Assembly: GCF_902459465.1 (NCBI RefSeq)
Contig: NC_047072.1
Coordinates: forward strand, 10,292,001 to 10,356,000
Direction of reading: 5' to 3'
Source of the DNA: Asterias rubens
Taxonomy: Eukaryota
DNA: 64,000 nt
Shown: piece after piece, positions 1-13,215 of the stretch
Layout of the letters: each line of letters opens with the position of its first letter
Position numbering within the stretch: position 1 is the stretch's first letter
Program-made: the position numbers and the translations under genes
Notes under the pieces: generated by a model
Databases searched by the model: none
Told to the model about the DNA's origin: nothing
The model's input: the letters and a program-made list of their open reading frames with translations, nothing else

Positions 1-157
1 ATGCAGACCTTAAGATTAATCCTAAGTTAGGACGAGTTACTCCTCGAGATAAGACGAGTCCTAACTCTTTGTGAAATCGACCCCTGCTCTGGTAAGCATT
101 TTCGCTTACAGCATGTAGAGCCATACAAATAAGCCTTTAGTCTATGTTCCTACTTAC

Positions 158-3100
158 CCCAGCTAGTCTGAACTTGATGTGTATCCCAGCTGCTGCATCT
201 AAGATCTTCGCCTCCTTAGGGTTGATACATCTTAGCATCATACTAGGGTCACCACGGCAACGGAAGTTGATGAGGTCGCGGTAGTAACGGTAAACTTGTA
301 TATCCTGTATGCAAAGAATGAATTCAAAGTAGTTAGTTAAAAATTGATGTTTTGGGGGCAGATCTGGTCGTGCTGGTTTTCTAGTTCACCAAAGAATTAT
401 CAAACAATAACACCATACGTAGATAGTCAGGCGAGCGGTCAGGGTAACAAACTCAAGACACCATACGTAGATAGTTAGGCAAGCGGTCAAGGGTAACAAA
501 CTCAAGACACCATACGTAGATAGTCAGGCGAGCGGTCAAGGGTAACAAACTCAAGACACCATGTGTAGATAGTCAGGCGAGCGGTCAAGGGTAACAAACT
601 CAAGTCAGCTGAGTCATCAGAGTGGGGGTTTGAATCCCTGTTGAGACAATTGTGTCATTAGGCAAGGCACACAGTTGCTTGTCATCACCTATCCTCACTA
701 ATCGTTGCAAGCTTACTGCCCATTGATGCAACAACCATCCACTTCTCCTGGGTTGTGTGGCTGGTGCAGGGGTGATTTTGTGTCACCTAGGAGGAAATGA
801 ATTCCTGCAACATGTGCGCCCTTTTAGCTGTTGGTGCATCATGCTCCAAAGGAGACCAGAAGGAACATCTTAGTCTGGCCCCTTATTTTTATAATAAGAA
901 TTGTGCATCTATGCTTGCTACAGTTGCACACAGGGAACATGTCTACCCACAATATGTGTTCTCCATTACCTCTGTATTGACCCCTTGCACGCATGTCATA
1001 CGCGGCGACTGTGCCACGCTCACCATTTTGGTGGTCAATAGGTTTACTTGTAAATGCCGCGTCGCCTAAAATGTGCACTTCACTGAATAACGCACAGATG
1101 ACATTGCCCACCCAGTGGAAGCGGTTAAGAGCACCAAATTCAAACTCTGGTGTTTCTGATTAGCAGAGTGTGGGTTCGAATCCCCAGCCGTGACACTTGT
1201 GTCCTTAAGCAAGACACTTAACCATTGCTTCGTCCTTCAGATGGGACGTGAAGTCGTTGGTCCCATGTGTTGTGTAACGCATGTAAAAGAACCCAGTGCA
1301 CTTTTCGAAAAGAGAAGGGGTCCGCCCCGGTGTTCTTGGCTGTGGCTGCTGTATGCGCCGTAGCACCTGACCCTTATAAGGTGCTAAACAATTGGGTCTC
1401 AAAACTCATACTGCGATAACTTATCTTTCTGAAAGTTTGTATATACTCAGCGCCTTGAGTACCTTGTTTGGTAGATACGTGCGCTATATAAGACTTCAAT
1501 ATTATCATATTATATTATTAATATGGCGCATCCAAGTTAATCGATGATGACCTCAGGTGAATTGGGTCAATAACCCAAACTGAGGCCAGAAGGAACATGC
1601 TTAGTCTGGCCCCTTTTTGTATAATGATAATTCTGCATCCAAGCTTACTATTGCACATTAGGAACATGTCTACTCACAATGTGTGTCCTCCATGCTCTCT
1701 GTACAATCTTGGCAGCCTCCTTGGGGTTCAGGGGATAAGTCCTCTTCTTCTTCTTCCTCCTCTTCGTTGGTTGAACTTTGACCTTTGTCTGGCTGGGCCC
1801 GGTTGAGCTGGAGACTACAACGGACTGGACCCCTTGGTGGGATATGTTGGTGACCATCGTGGAACGCTGTCTTTTGACTCTGTGCCACCAGTTCTGAATG
1901 AAGTGGGCGCAGAATTCTCTAAACCTGTCAGTTTAAAAAGAAGAAAGAATACTTTGATTTTACGTTGACTGCCCTATGCTCAGAGGCCCTTATGTTCTAA
2001 CAAACCTTTGTTCCGAAAATCCCCTCGTGATTTACACGCTATTTCGTCTCTCCATTTTCCTCGATTAATATACAAATTTACAAATCACCAACATTATTTT
2101 CAGTATAAAATTTTTCTGTAAAATTGAAAGTACTTACGATATAACAACCGACTCCCCTTTTGACTTTTTGTAACTGCAGTATTTTTCATAGTAGCCTTCC
2201 AGTCTCTGTCTGGCGCTGGCTGTTTTAACAGCTGAAGCCTTGGACGCAACTGAATCCTTTAAACACGAGGGACAACAATAACAACTTCTTAACAAGAATT
2301 CCTCGTTCTCTTTTAGCTCAAGACAAAAGAAATGCAATCAAGTGTTCAAAAATAATAATAATGTAGAGGCACTACTACAAACAAATGCTCCAGTTTGTAC
2401 AGTAGGGCATATTTTAAACCAAGTTAAAGGAACGCGTTGCCTTGGATCAGTCGAGTTGGTCTTTGAAAAGCGTTTGTAACCGTTTGTTATAAAATGCATA
2501 TGGTTAGAAAGATGTTGTAAAAGAAGAACACAATGATCCACACAAACATGCCTCGAAATTGCACGGTTTTCCTTTTACCTCGTCGACTAACACGGTCGGC
2601 CATTTATGGGAGTCAAATTTTTGACTCCCATAAATGGCAAACCGTGTTTTTCGCAAAGTAAAAGGAAAACCACGCAATTTCGAGGCAAACTTGTGTGGAT
2701 CATTGTATTCTACTTTTAAAACATCTTTCCAAACATATGCATTTTATAACAAACGGTTACAAACGCTTTTTATAGACCAACTCGTCCGATCCAAGACAAC
2801 ATGTTCCTTTAAACACCAAGAAGAAAACATTTCGGAGACCTTGTTCCAATTCTATTAATTTTGGTTTTACCCATATTATATACACTGATGTGTGTTAGGC
2901 TCTGTATGCTCAGTACTTTCCCAAGTTCTGTGAAAAAAAAATCACAGGCATGTTACTTGGGTGGGATTTGAACCCACGACCTTTGCAATTCTAGAGCAGT
3001 GTCATACCAAGTAGACCACCGAGATTGACTGGTATTTAGAGGCAGTTTGAATCCTATTTTAGCAGCGGGTACCGCAACGATTTAATAGATGTTAAATTTG

Positions 3101-5011
3101 CAATAGCATGGCTCAGACCCTAATGTGGGGGGGCAAAAGCTCAACGCTAGCTACATACTAATACAAAATTCCAAGACAAAAAACCTGGTTCAACTACAGC
3201 CCTAAATAATACAATATTTCTCTGACACAAAATAGGGACGTCCAAATTTGCTACCTTTGATTGGGTGGTTGTGAGCTTTGACAGTGATTTGTCGGGTGAT
3301 TTTGAGGGTGTTGTTCTGACATCTCTCAGACCTTGTTCACTGTTGATGAATCTACTACCTGTTTGGTGCACCTTGGTGCTCACAGTTGGGTTTAAGATGT
3401 CAAAGAGACGACATCTGAAAAAGATGTACAGACATGACAATGGTTTAATACATGTATTATCATATAGGCCTATGAGGAAATCGCCTATCTTCAGAAGGCC
3501 AGGCGGCTACTTCAAGATGTCATGGATGAGTTGTTGAGAGCTTCAACTTCTAGTTTTGATGGTTTAGTCATAGGTGTGGGTTTGTATCCCGGTCATGATA
3601 CTTACGTGCCCTTGAGCACTACAATTGCTTCTTACCCAGAATGTCTGACTATTTGAACGTCTGGCCATTTTGTTTAACTGGACTTACGATGTATCTATCA
3701 TAAAGTCACATAATTCAAGATGGCGGCCGCCAGCAAGCTTTTGGCGGGAACAGTGCGCCATCTTGTTTTTTCTTTGTTTTCTGCCTTAAGCAAATCTTTA
3801 TCTTTTAATCTAATTCTATTGTTTTGTTTATTAATAATTATATCCTAAAAATGCATTAGCATTTATTATTTAAAAGTCATTCAAATTCTTGTAGAAGACG
3901 AGTAAACAGCTATCCTTCCTTCGTCTTCTATACTTACAGATTGAGAATAAAATAACGTAAATCACAAGAACAACCAACAGCCTGATCCTCTATCCATTAT
4001 TTGGCCTAACTACCGTGGGTCACAGGTATTTAAATGGGTATCAGCGAGGAGACATGTTATTATTGTGTTTTAAATATTCAATTCTGAGGGGATTAATATT
4101 TAACCGCCTTTCTTCGAAGTGAAATGATTTTCAAAATGCTTTATCGAAAGCTGCTGTTAGTGTTTTTATTGCCATGAATTCTAGGAGTGGTTACCAAATG
4201 TGTACATTCCCTTTGGAAACATTTGGAAACTTTTGATAACTGTCATAAGACCAGTATTCTTACTTGGTGTATCCCAACATGCATTAAATAACAAAACTGT
4301 GAAAATTTGGGCTCAATTGGTCATGAATCGAAAGTTGCAAGAGAATAGTGAAAGAAAAAACACCCTTGTTGCATAACTTTGTGTGCTTTCAGATGCATTT
4401 ATAATAAGGCTTCGACCTGAACTCATTGATTATTTGAGTGAGAAATCACTTCTAGAAACATGTTATTTCATAGGGAGACGTTTCTCTTCAATGTTTTATA
4501 CTATCAACAGCTCTCTATTACTCGTCACCAAGTAAGTTTTTTTATCTTCAAGTAAGCGCTAATCCTCAAATCCAATTCGCACCGTGGAGTGGTGATAAAA
4601 ACCTATATATTATTGCTTGCTTGCTTGAAGATAAATACGTTATCATATGCGCGCTCGTGGAAATACAGAAAATATAGCGCGTCTGCGTCTCTATGGTCCC
4701 ATATCCAACTCTGCCTTCAGCTTTGTTGGATATGGGACGCAGAAGTGCTAGAATTTTACGTATTCCACTCGCGCTTGTGTGAAAACTTATAAATAATGCT
4801 AACAACAGTTATTTTTGAGTAATTACCAATAGTGTCCAGTGCCTTTAAAGCTTTACCAACCTTGTCCAATGACCTCTCCATACTCTCTGTAGTTCAATAG
4901 CAGCTGCTGAGCTCCTCTCCTCGGATGATGCGCTCTTCTTCCGAATCAATGCTCGCCGAGATTGCTTGGAGCCCGCCGCTAACTTCAAATCTCGGACGAT
5001 GTTCTCTTCCC
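158..5011 (-). CDS. MFI: MFI/C11orf65-like IQ-motif protein, partial (3' part runs off the left edge; first exon uncertain)
   Basis: Exons 4861-5011, 3255-3414, 2138-2256, 1678-1924 and 158-304 join in phase with GT-AG sites. They give AAKIVQRAWRTHI|DIQVYRYYRDLINFRCRGDPSMMLRCINPKEAKILDAAAGIHIKFRLAG, matching my recollection of C11orf65/MFI (IQ motif, then INPKEAELLDAAAGIHVRFRLGG). Confidence 0.82.
411..605 (+). repeat. Minisatellite, about 4 copies of a 48-49 bp unit
   Basis: The unit CACCATACGTAGATAGTCAGGCGAGCGGTCAAGGGTAACAAACTCAAGA starts at 411, 459, 508 and 557. Confidence 0.95.
1111..1521 (+). mobile_element. tRNA-derived SINE, near full length
   Basis: A-box-like GGAAGCGGTTAAG, B box GGTTCGAATCC, core GTGACACTTGTGTCCTTAAGCAAGACACTTAACC and an AT-rich tail. 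Near-identical copy at about 62285-62632 (+) and a reverse copy at about 31125-31388. Confidence 0.88.
2424..2812. mobile_element. TTAA-flanked MITE (Kolobok-like termini)
   Basis: Imperfect TIRs TTAA|AGGAACGCGTTGCCTTGGATC and GATCCAAGACAACATGTTCCT|TTAA. A related copy lies at about 63205-63590. Confidence 0.75.
2855..3104 (-). mobile_element. Dispersed repeat of about 255 bp with a central tRNA-like core
   Basis: A box (GGTCTAGTTGGT-like) and B box (GGTTCGAATCC-like) lie mid-unit. Copies at about 29870-30125(-), 35535-35790(-), 56265-56485(+), 58330-58570, 61350-61470 and 62635-62820(+). Confidence 0.8.
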
Positions 5012-5333
5012 CTGTTTATTTTGGATTAAAGATAAACTCTAAGTTAGCAATCATTACAAAGAAAAGAAAATGAGCAAATAATTTTGCCATGCTTGTGGAT
5101 CTAGAATGGCTGGGGTTTGGGGGTTTGAATCCCACGTGGTCCCATGCCTCTAATTTGTCAGCAGGACTCCAAAAAGTACTGAAATTCAGTGCATCGCGTA
5201 TCAGTGTACTCCTGCTATCATCTCCATCGAGGTGACCAGAGTGGTTCAAACTTCATAGTTCTTGGGCTAGAATAGGAGTAGACAAATGAAAATAATAATC
5301 TTCATCCCATTTATATCTGCCCATACTGCGTTA

Positions 5334-5689
5334 GGCCGAGTAAAAAAAAGAAACATGTTTAGCGTCCGGGTTTCTCAAAAAAAGGATAGAGGAGGGGCTT
5401 TTTATTTTTTATTTCAAGATGGCCGCCATTCTTTTTAAAATGTCAAATATCCATTCTTTTTTCTACTGCTCAAACACACAATTACATAAATTAAATTCAA
5501 CCAAAATTAAATTTTGGTCGAGACACTCAGACAGGACGTTCAGATTGTTTTAGCTGAGATCGTTTAAAATAACCTTTCTTCAAAAAATTCAAATACAAAA
5601 TCATAAAAAAATAATAATACAAAAAAGGACGCGGCCTGTAAAAAGGAAGCGGGCGGGGACGCTAAACATGTTTCTTTATTTACTTGGCC
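5334..5689. mobile_element. MITE with TIRs of about 36 bp and a TA target duplication
   Basis: TA|GGCCGAGTAAAAAAAAGAAACATGTTTAGCGTCC ... GGACGCTAAACATGTTTCTTTATTTACTTGGCC|TA. A degenerate relative lies at about 23582-23840. Confidence 0.8.
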
Positions 5690-6455
5690 TAATTGAACCT
5701 TTCAATTTCATCCACGACAGCTTTGCATTATAACATGGTTTAATTATAGGCGTAGCCGAAGCACTTCATGTCAGATGATGTGAACAACAGTTGCCTAATT
5801 TTCTGAACTGGCCGACACGGTGTGCAGTGGAAAATTGTAACAACCGGGAAAAACTTTTTTGGAGTAACCTCAATTATTTGCTTTCAGTTTCAGTTTGACG
5901 ACTGAAGCTGAATATCGATCCGAACATTCCATCCAGTGGCAATGTGCAAAGCTTTGTTTCACCCAAACAAAGGAGGACATGCTCAATCAAACACTAAACA
6001 GTGAAAGAGGGGCCGCAGAAATCATGATCATAATAATATATCCCTTTCTCCAGGGGGTTTGTTTTTTTAAAATAACACTGCTGACTCCAGAGCTTTTTTC
6101 CTCTGACAAAATAACAAAGATACAGGTGGGAAAGAATCACACCTAGCTAGAGTCTTAGAGACTATAGTATAGATAGTTAGCTAAACAGTATCCCAGCAGT
6201 ATCTGTATCTGTTGAATACTGCAACAAACTCCTCAGAGAGGGAAGTTGCCTAATCTTACACAGTAGGCTACTGTTATGGATGGCTAGCATTGTTTGCATT
6301 TCAAAATGTTATTACGCGATTTTTTCCAGACAGAATACAGTCTATCGTAGCGTCATACGTTATCGACCCTCATTATTCGGTCCCCAACTTCGATTCACGT
6401 TTATCGCGAAATTGTGCAAGCTGCACCGGTGACAGAAGCTATGCAGTTTACTCAC

Positions 6456-6483
6456 GGTCTGTATTTTCATCAGGCTTAATCAT
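6456..6483 (-). CDS. Candidate first coding exon of the MFI-like gene (MIKPDENTD)
   Basis: ATG at 6483 and a GTGAGT donor at 6455 give the phase 1 needed by exon 4861-5011. An alternative phase 0-to-1 exon with good splice sites lies at 8089-8152 (EVLKMLTRKEAHKFLKNVHFP). Sequence alone cannot decide between them. Confidence 0.35.
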
Positions 6484-6966
6484 GCTGTTCCCTGCCGTTG
6501 GTTATGCTCAAACATTTATAAAATGATTGATTTTTGGTACTAATCACTAGTGCATTATTATGCCAACATTCAAATGAGTCAAAGAAACATCATCCATATC
6601 TGCTAGATTGAGTTTCATTCTGCTTTAGTCACTAGATGGATCACGTGAGGTGGTTACTATTTGGGATTCTATGGTGTGTAAATGTGGGGAAAATATTAAC
6701 ATATTTTAAGTGAAAATTACAACAATTTTTTTATTTATTTACTCATGCATACTGTAATAAAAAATCTCTCACAACGTAAAACCTTAACTTTAAAAATTTC
6801 AACACACCATGAAGTGAAAGTGTAATTGTTAAAAAATTGGATAGATGATTTGAAAAAAAAATATTTAGTTTTTGATTGTGAACAATTTTCCTGTTATCCT
6901 ACTGAAAACACATGACACCAGGATACAACAATCCCGGCCAAAATGCTTGGGCCACCCATTCCCAAC

Positions 6967-7763
6967 GGGTTGTTCTAAAACCCCCTCGACCCCCTCGACC
7001 CACGACTCTCCGACGTCCGCCCCGTGTTCGAAGAATGTCCCAATTCCGAATTCATAAAATGTCACTTTACGGCCGAGTAAGAATTAAGTCCCCGATTTAG
7101 AATTCACAGTGTGTGATCCGCGACGCAACTTCCTTCCACGACTAGGCTGGACTTCAAGTCTGAGACTGCGGTTATATTTATCTGCATCAGCCACACAGAA
7201 TTGGGAGTATTTACTCTCTGCTTCCGCACGACAAGTGCACACCGTCCGTGTGGCCATTCGGTCGGTCGGGCGGGTCATGGAGGTAGAATTCTACCTCCAT
7301 GGTCGGATCTACAACCTTGAGCTCCGCTTAGAGCAACTAGTAGTACCATAGTACACAGGACGAGAGCGATCGGCCGGAAATTGGTCCGCCTGATCATCAC
7401 GTAATGAATTGGCCGTAATCGTACTCGGGCGGTACACGCAGGTTCCCAGTTGGGATAATAATCTTGGATCGGCCAAGAGATACACGTGGAAATACCGCGG
7501 TTTTTTATTTGTACATCATAATTGCACAGGCCCGATCTCGGCAGCCAATCATGCGAAGTTTGCTTCGTGCATACTACGTGTCTCGTACGCTGTGTTGTTG
7601 TAATGTGCGAGGCATGGTAGTCGATGTCAGCATACACAATTTTGTGTGTGATTGGCTGAGGTTGTGAACTGTGGCAATTTCGGTGTACAAAAAAAAAGAT
7701 CGCGCAAAAGTCGATGGTCGAGGGGGTCGTGGGTCGTGGGTCGAGGGGGTTTTAGAACAACCC
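6967..7763. mobile_element. Non-autonomous Mutator/MULE-like element, 797 bp
   Basis: TIR GGGTTGTTCTAAAACCCCCTCGACCC and its inverse, flanked by the exact 9-bp duplication ATTCCCAAC (6958-6966 and 7764-7772). A 9-bp TSD with G-rich termini is typical of MULEs. Confidence 0.85.
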
Positions 7764-9560
7764 ATTCCCAACCTACCATAAAAAAAACATGATAAACATT
7801 CCGAATCCCTGTCCTTCACTTCCCCCTGAATTAACATTTAAAAATAATGTCCCCCGCTCAATGTTGACTTGAACGCAAAAGACTGTGCAATGAGAGCCAA
7901 CATTGAAAGGAGGTAGCCGTAGGGGGTGGGGCCAATGAGATATGGCCAGGATTGTAGACTGCACAACCCACACACACAGTAGATAGAGTCACACTCACAA
8001 ATCACACTGAGTGAGTACCACATTGACCATGTTGGCAGTGACAGGTGAGCTGGTGAGGGAGTGAGAACAACAACAATAAAAACATTACCTGGAAAGTGCA
8101 CATTTTTCAGGAACTTGTGAGCTTCTTTTCTTGTTAACATCTTCAAAACCTCCTAAACAAGACAGAGAATGTCATTACTTTGAGTTAGCATTCATGTCAC
8201 TAAAGTTATGCCGGGAATAGACCAACAAAAAAGTTCTACAAACTTTCACAAACACGAAGAGAAAAAAAAATGCAACATCGATCGTTGTCAAGACTGTATC
8301 CAAGGTAAACTGCACAAATATCATCAATTTACGCAATATAATAAGCTTTAAATGTCTCGCAAAATAAGTCACACTAAACATTGTTAAATTTACTTCAATA
8401 AAATCGTTAATTGATAGCTGTGTGGATATTTAAAAACTTTAAAAAACTTACACTTTTGAAAAAGTTCAGCGGCGATTTACACCAAATCTTGGGTTGTCGC
8501 TACCGACTGGAACTATCAGGCCGCTTGGTGGCAGTGTTTGAATTGGACAATCCCTATCGCGAGATGGCTCACTACACTACCAACGGTCGGCTTTTGGGGG
8601 GTGTGGTGATCGAAACAACTAATCACTGCGATTAGAATTAAAAGTAACTAATTTTTTATGAAAATTCATAGGCAAATTATGCCCCTAGGCGGGTGAACTG
8701 CCGTTTCGGGCATAGCAATAAATAACCAACGAGTGCCCCGAGACGACTCGGCACTTTTACTGGTAGATCTATTCAAAATCGGTATTTTTTTTAAATTAAT
8801 GTATACAATACAAATTCTGACAATCAACCCATATGTACCCCCTCACAAAAATGAGTCGATCCCCATTAATGTGACGGAATTTTTTTGTCGCGTGGTCCCT
8901 TTCCCACTTAAAAAACATTACATTTAATAATCTGTTCTCTTCGTCACGTACAATAGTTTTTTTTTTTCCAAATAATTATTGATTGACAATACAATCACTA
9001 AATGGTAAGTGGGAGTATGATGAACCCTAAAGTAACAGCAAAACTTGGTCTTTGAAGTCATTTTATTTAGGCGAGGGGGCCACGTGTAGGCAGGCCTATA
9101 TGCGTTTACAGCCCATACGGTAGTCGCTCTAAACACAAAACAAGTTATTTTCAAGAAAAGCTTACAAGCTTTAAATAGAATTGTGAGTGTCTTTTATGGA
9201 GACATTTTTTACAGCAGGAGAAAAGTTGAATAAATCAAAGTGAAGTTATTACTATTAGGTAGTCCGATTCGGAAGCCTTTTTTAGTATAGACATCTTAAA
9301 TCGACTCCCTCATTCAAAGTCTTATCTCAACTGAGGCAGGAACAAGTAATGTTGCTGTTTTGACAAAGAGCACCATAGCGCGTGCGTGGATCATCGCGCG
9401 ATTGTTAACTCAACACGCTGCCTTATTATACCACCTGCATGCTGCAAAATGAACAAAATCTCAAGAAACACAAACATCGTTAGGGCCAATCCTTCTCATT
9501 CATAAAAAAAGTGTCATCCATCAAGACGGTAAATTAAAAATAAATTATTTTAATCATACA

Positions 9561-11458
9561 ATGGAGAGTCACTTTGAAAAAAGTTCGATTCCAGTAACGA
9601 GTTATCCATCTTCACCGGAACCATCTACCGATGAAATACACCACCAACTAACAGATGAAGGGCTACACTACATGATCCAGGAGGTACAGTATTATGTCTC
9701 TGTGATTTTACAGCAGCAAAATTTGCTGCTACTGCTGCAAACATCAGCGCTAGCACATTGTAACGGAAGGGCAAGAACAGGCAAGTTCACACGAGGCAAA
9801 TTTACAGCGAACCAGTTACAGACAAGGAACCAAAAAGATTATTGAATAATAAATAATAAAATAAAAATCTTTTGGGATCGTCGTTAAGACACTGTTTAAA
9901 AAATTACTCGCACTGCAGTGACATGGGTTGCCTCCAAGAAAAGTTGCCTCATCTGACTGGGGAGAAAGCCATCGTATTCTTGAATTGAATTGAATTGTAT
10001 ATATTGAATCGTAAAGTACAAACACATTTTCACCACCTCGAAAGTACTTTTATTTTCACATCAGCAAGAGGAGCAGCTTCACCGAGAACGCCCTGCAGTG
10101 ACCATTGGCCGAACGGTGTCCACCCCGGAACGTATCTTCGCCAATCTCAACCTCTCTGGCCAACAGGGCTTCGACGAGGATGAAGACGAACCGGGTATAT
10201 CAAGGACACCAAGAACAAGTCCCAGTCGGACCTCCCCCATCTCAGCTGCCACGTCTCCGCCCACCGGGATTCACCCGTCAGAGATGAGACAGCCCTCAAC
10301 AGACAGAATGTACCAGGACATGGTCGGTGACCTGGATGTCATGATAGACATTGCGAGGAGCATGCATGAGGTGGCTCGCCACACCAAGTAAATAAAATAC
10401 CTCTGATCTATAATAAATATTTTTCTTGCTTTTCAGTCCTCAAATAAAAGCATTTTGTTGTAAGGTCCGATTCTAAAGAAAGCTCCATTGTGAATACCCC
10501 AAAAAGTCAAATACCACAAGTTCAATGGACTTGTGCTATTCACGAGATCTTTCTTATTATTGGACTTGTGGTATTCACAAAAGCTTTCTTTAGATCGGAA
10601 TTGAACCCCCCCCCCAAAAAAAAAAAAAAAAAAAAAAAAAAATGTCTTTCTACCATTAAATTTGCTAATTCAGAGGAAGGTTGTTGGTTCTAATTGTGCC
10701 TGACTGCTGATGAAGCCTTTTTAGTGTAGACTGTATAAGAGTCGTTTTCGCACATACTCGTCTTGGACAGCTGGGCCCAATTTCATAGAGCTGCTAAGCA
10801 TGAAAATTTGCCTAGCATGAAATTTCTTCCTTGATAACAACAGGATTACCAACCAAATTTCCACGTGATTGTAAAGATAAGTAACCAACACCTAATTACC
10901 AGTAACAAGCAATATGCAACCAATAGAAATTTTGTTGGTAATCCTGTTTTTATCAAGAAAGACATTTCATGCGGAGCACATTTTTCGTGCTTAGCAGCTC
11001 TATAAAATTGGGCCCTGGTGATGAGTCGGTCAGACGCTGGCGCCACCGAAATAATACATGGTGAAATAATACATAACGTAATGTCGGTCGATTATGACTT
11101 TTGATTCATAACTAATAATATTGATTGATTGTTTGCATTATTGTTTGTCCAAAGAACTTTAATCAGCACTGCCTACGAGCGCATCGACCTGAACGACCCC
11201 CGCGTCCGAAATCTGGGCATCGGCAGAGTCATGAAGGACCTACGGATGGAGAGCGCCCATGCCGTGGTGGACGGCCAGCGAGCCCAGGTACGCTACGAGA
11301 AAGTCATGACAGACGTCCGTCGGATGAAGAGGTGCTTGAGGAACCTCGGCTTCTGGCACGGGGGCGGTCACAGTGGCTCGCTCCCGGGAGAACGGCAGCC
11401 GAGCGTCACGGACTCGTGGGGTTTGCCGTACCATTCGTTTTTCTCGAACGGCTTATAG
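9561..11458 (+). CDS. Uncharacterised 3-exon protein of about 249 aa
   Basis: Exons 9561-9683 (Kozak ACAATGG, GT donor, phase 0), 10065-10387 (pyrimidine tract plus CAG, GTAAAT donor, phase 2) and 11155-11458 (stop TAG). The frame stays open across both junctions and the exons are GC-richer than the introns. No family recognised. Confidence 0.68.
10773..11015. mobile_element. Short MITE family with GGGCCCAATTT TIRs
   Basis: GGGCCCAATTTCATAGAGC ... GCTCTATAAAATTGGGCCC. Relatives at about 11480-11729, 25787-25985, 45967-46167, 54948-55142 and 58058-58253. Confidence 0.8.
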
Positions 11459-12010
11459 TAACACTAATTAGACCCATCTGGGCCCAATTTCATGGCTCTG
11501 CTTACCTCCGAATTCTGCGCTAACGATCACGATTCCCCGCTTACTTGCAAGCGCCGAATTTCTGCGCTAGCCTTGTAAGCGTAGAATGCCTAGTAACATG
11601 GAGTACGCACGCGCAGAAGCCACAATTCGCCGCTAACCCGTGAAATACGCTTGCCGTAAGCACAGGATTCCCTGCTTCCGTAAGCGCCGATTCTGTGCTT
11701 ACGGTAATCAGAGCCATGAGATTGGGCCCAGGCCTGTGGTATGCTTCGTTTTTGAAAGGGCAAGGACACCAAGGCATTTGCTCATTGGTTAAGGGCACCC
11801 TATGAGGAAATTGTAAATTTCACTGGAGTATTTTGAAGGGCACCAAGGCAATGACTAGGAGGCATAGGAGGCAATCGTCGCCGTTGCCTCCGTAATCACG
11901 CCTGCGCTATGGGCCCTAAGAGTTGTCACATGCTGACAAACTTGTTCCACTACTTTAAGGTCATGAGAGTTTGTTTTGCGTGGTTTTCAACGATTAAAGC
12001 TAATTGTGTT

Positions 12011-12408
12011 TTAAAGGTAGTGGACACTATTGGTAATTACTCAAAATAATTATTATCATGAAACCTTACTTGGTAATGAGTAATGGGGAGAGGTTGATAG
12101 TAAACAAAAACATTGTGAGAAACGGCTCCCTCTGGTGTGGCGCAGTTTTCGAGAAATAAGTAATTTCCACGAATTTGATTTCGAGACCTTAAATTTATGA
12201 GAATTTGCGGTCTCGAAATCAAGCATCTGGGCTGAAAGCACACAACTTCGTGTGACCATGGTGTTTTTTCTTTCATTATTATCTCGCAACTCCGATGACC
12301 AATATTGAGCTAAATTTTTCACAGGTTTGTTATTGTATGCATATGTTGAGATACACCAAGTGAGAAGACTTGTCTTTGACAATTACCAATAGTGTCCAGT
12401 GTCTTTAA
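12011..12408. mobile_element. Abundant TTAA-flanked MITE family (Kolobok-like)
   Basis: TIRs TTAA|AGG(C/T)AGTGGACACTATTGGTAATT ... AATTACCAATAGTGTCCA(G/C)TG(T/C)CT|TTAA. Full or partial copies at about 4233-4849, 27984-28349, 29459-29845, 33061-33447, 39700-40237, 41445-42075 and 58611-58800. TTAA plus purine-purine termini is characteristic of Kolobok. Confidence 0.8.
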
Positions 12409-13215
12409 CATGTCAATGTATTATCCGGGATAATTAATCGCTCATAGTACTTTAGTTTTTTTATAAACATTTTGTGTTTGTTTAATAATAAGCCCACCAC
12501 GCCCCAATATTTTAGTTGATGCTGGACAAGCAAGCTTGGCCGCATGCTAGCCCCGACCTTTTTGCTAAGATAATAAATAAATATTAGTCTGGCCCCTGTG
12601 AAATGACGTCAGAAGTTAAGTCTCGTTTTTTGACATGAGGGCGCACTTCCAGATTAACGGTGGTAAAAATATTAAGGAGTTGGTGCCTTCAAAGTTTGTG
12701 CACATGGACAATTTTATTGGCCAAAATTGTGAACACAGAGGATGCTGCCAAAGTTTGTTTGTACCCCATCTAACCAATACTGACAATGTTGTCTTACGAT
12801 GGATTTTGCTTTGTGCATGAAATCGAGCCATGTGGCTTATATCCATTTGTGTCTAGGCAGAAATTCAACGACCCTGTTGTTGTGTCAATGCACGAGATAT
12901 TTGACAGTACATGCAATATTGTGAAGGGGGTAGCTTCAGTGCAAGCTGATGCAAGGGATTGATTCCATCAAATGCTTTAATTTGCAGAAAACTACTCGAA
13001 ACAAAATAATTGTGAAACTTGTTGTACTTGCCATAATCACACATTGACCCTCTGAAAGGTGCTGGACTAAAGAACAAAAATTGAAATAGTTTCATTGACC
13101 CAGATTTATAAGATACTGCCATTGTTTTATTAATTCGAACCCCGGCACGCCAGTTGATCAGTCTCGCGGATGTATTATTAGCCAGGCCCCCACAAACACG
13201 GAATTGAAGAGAGCA

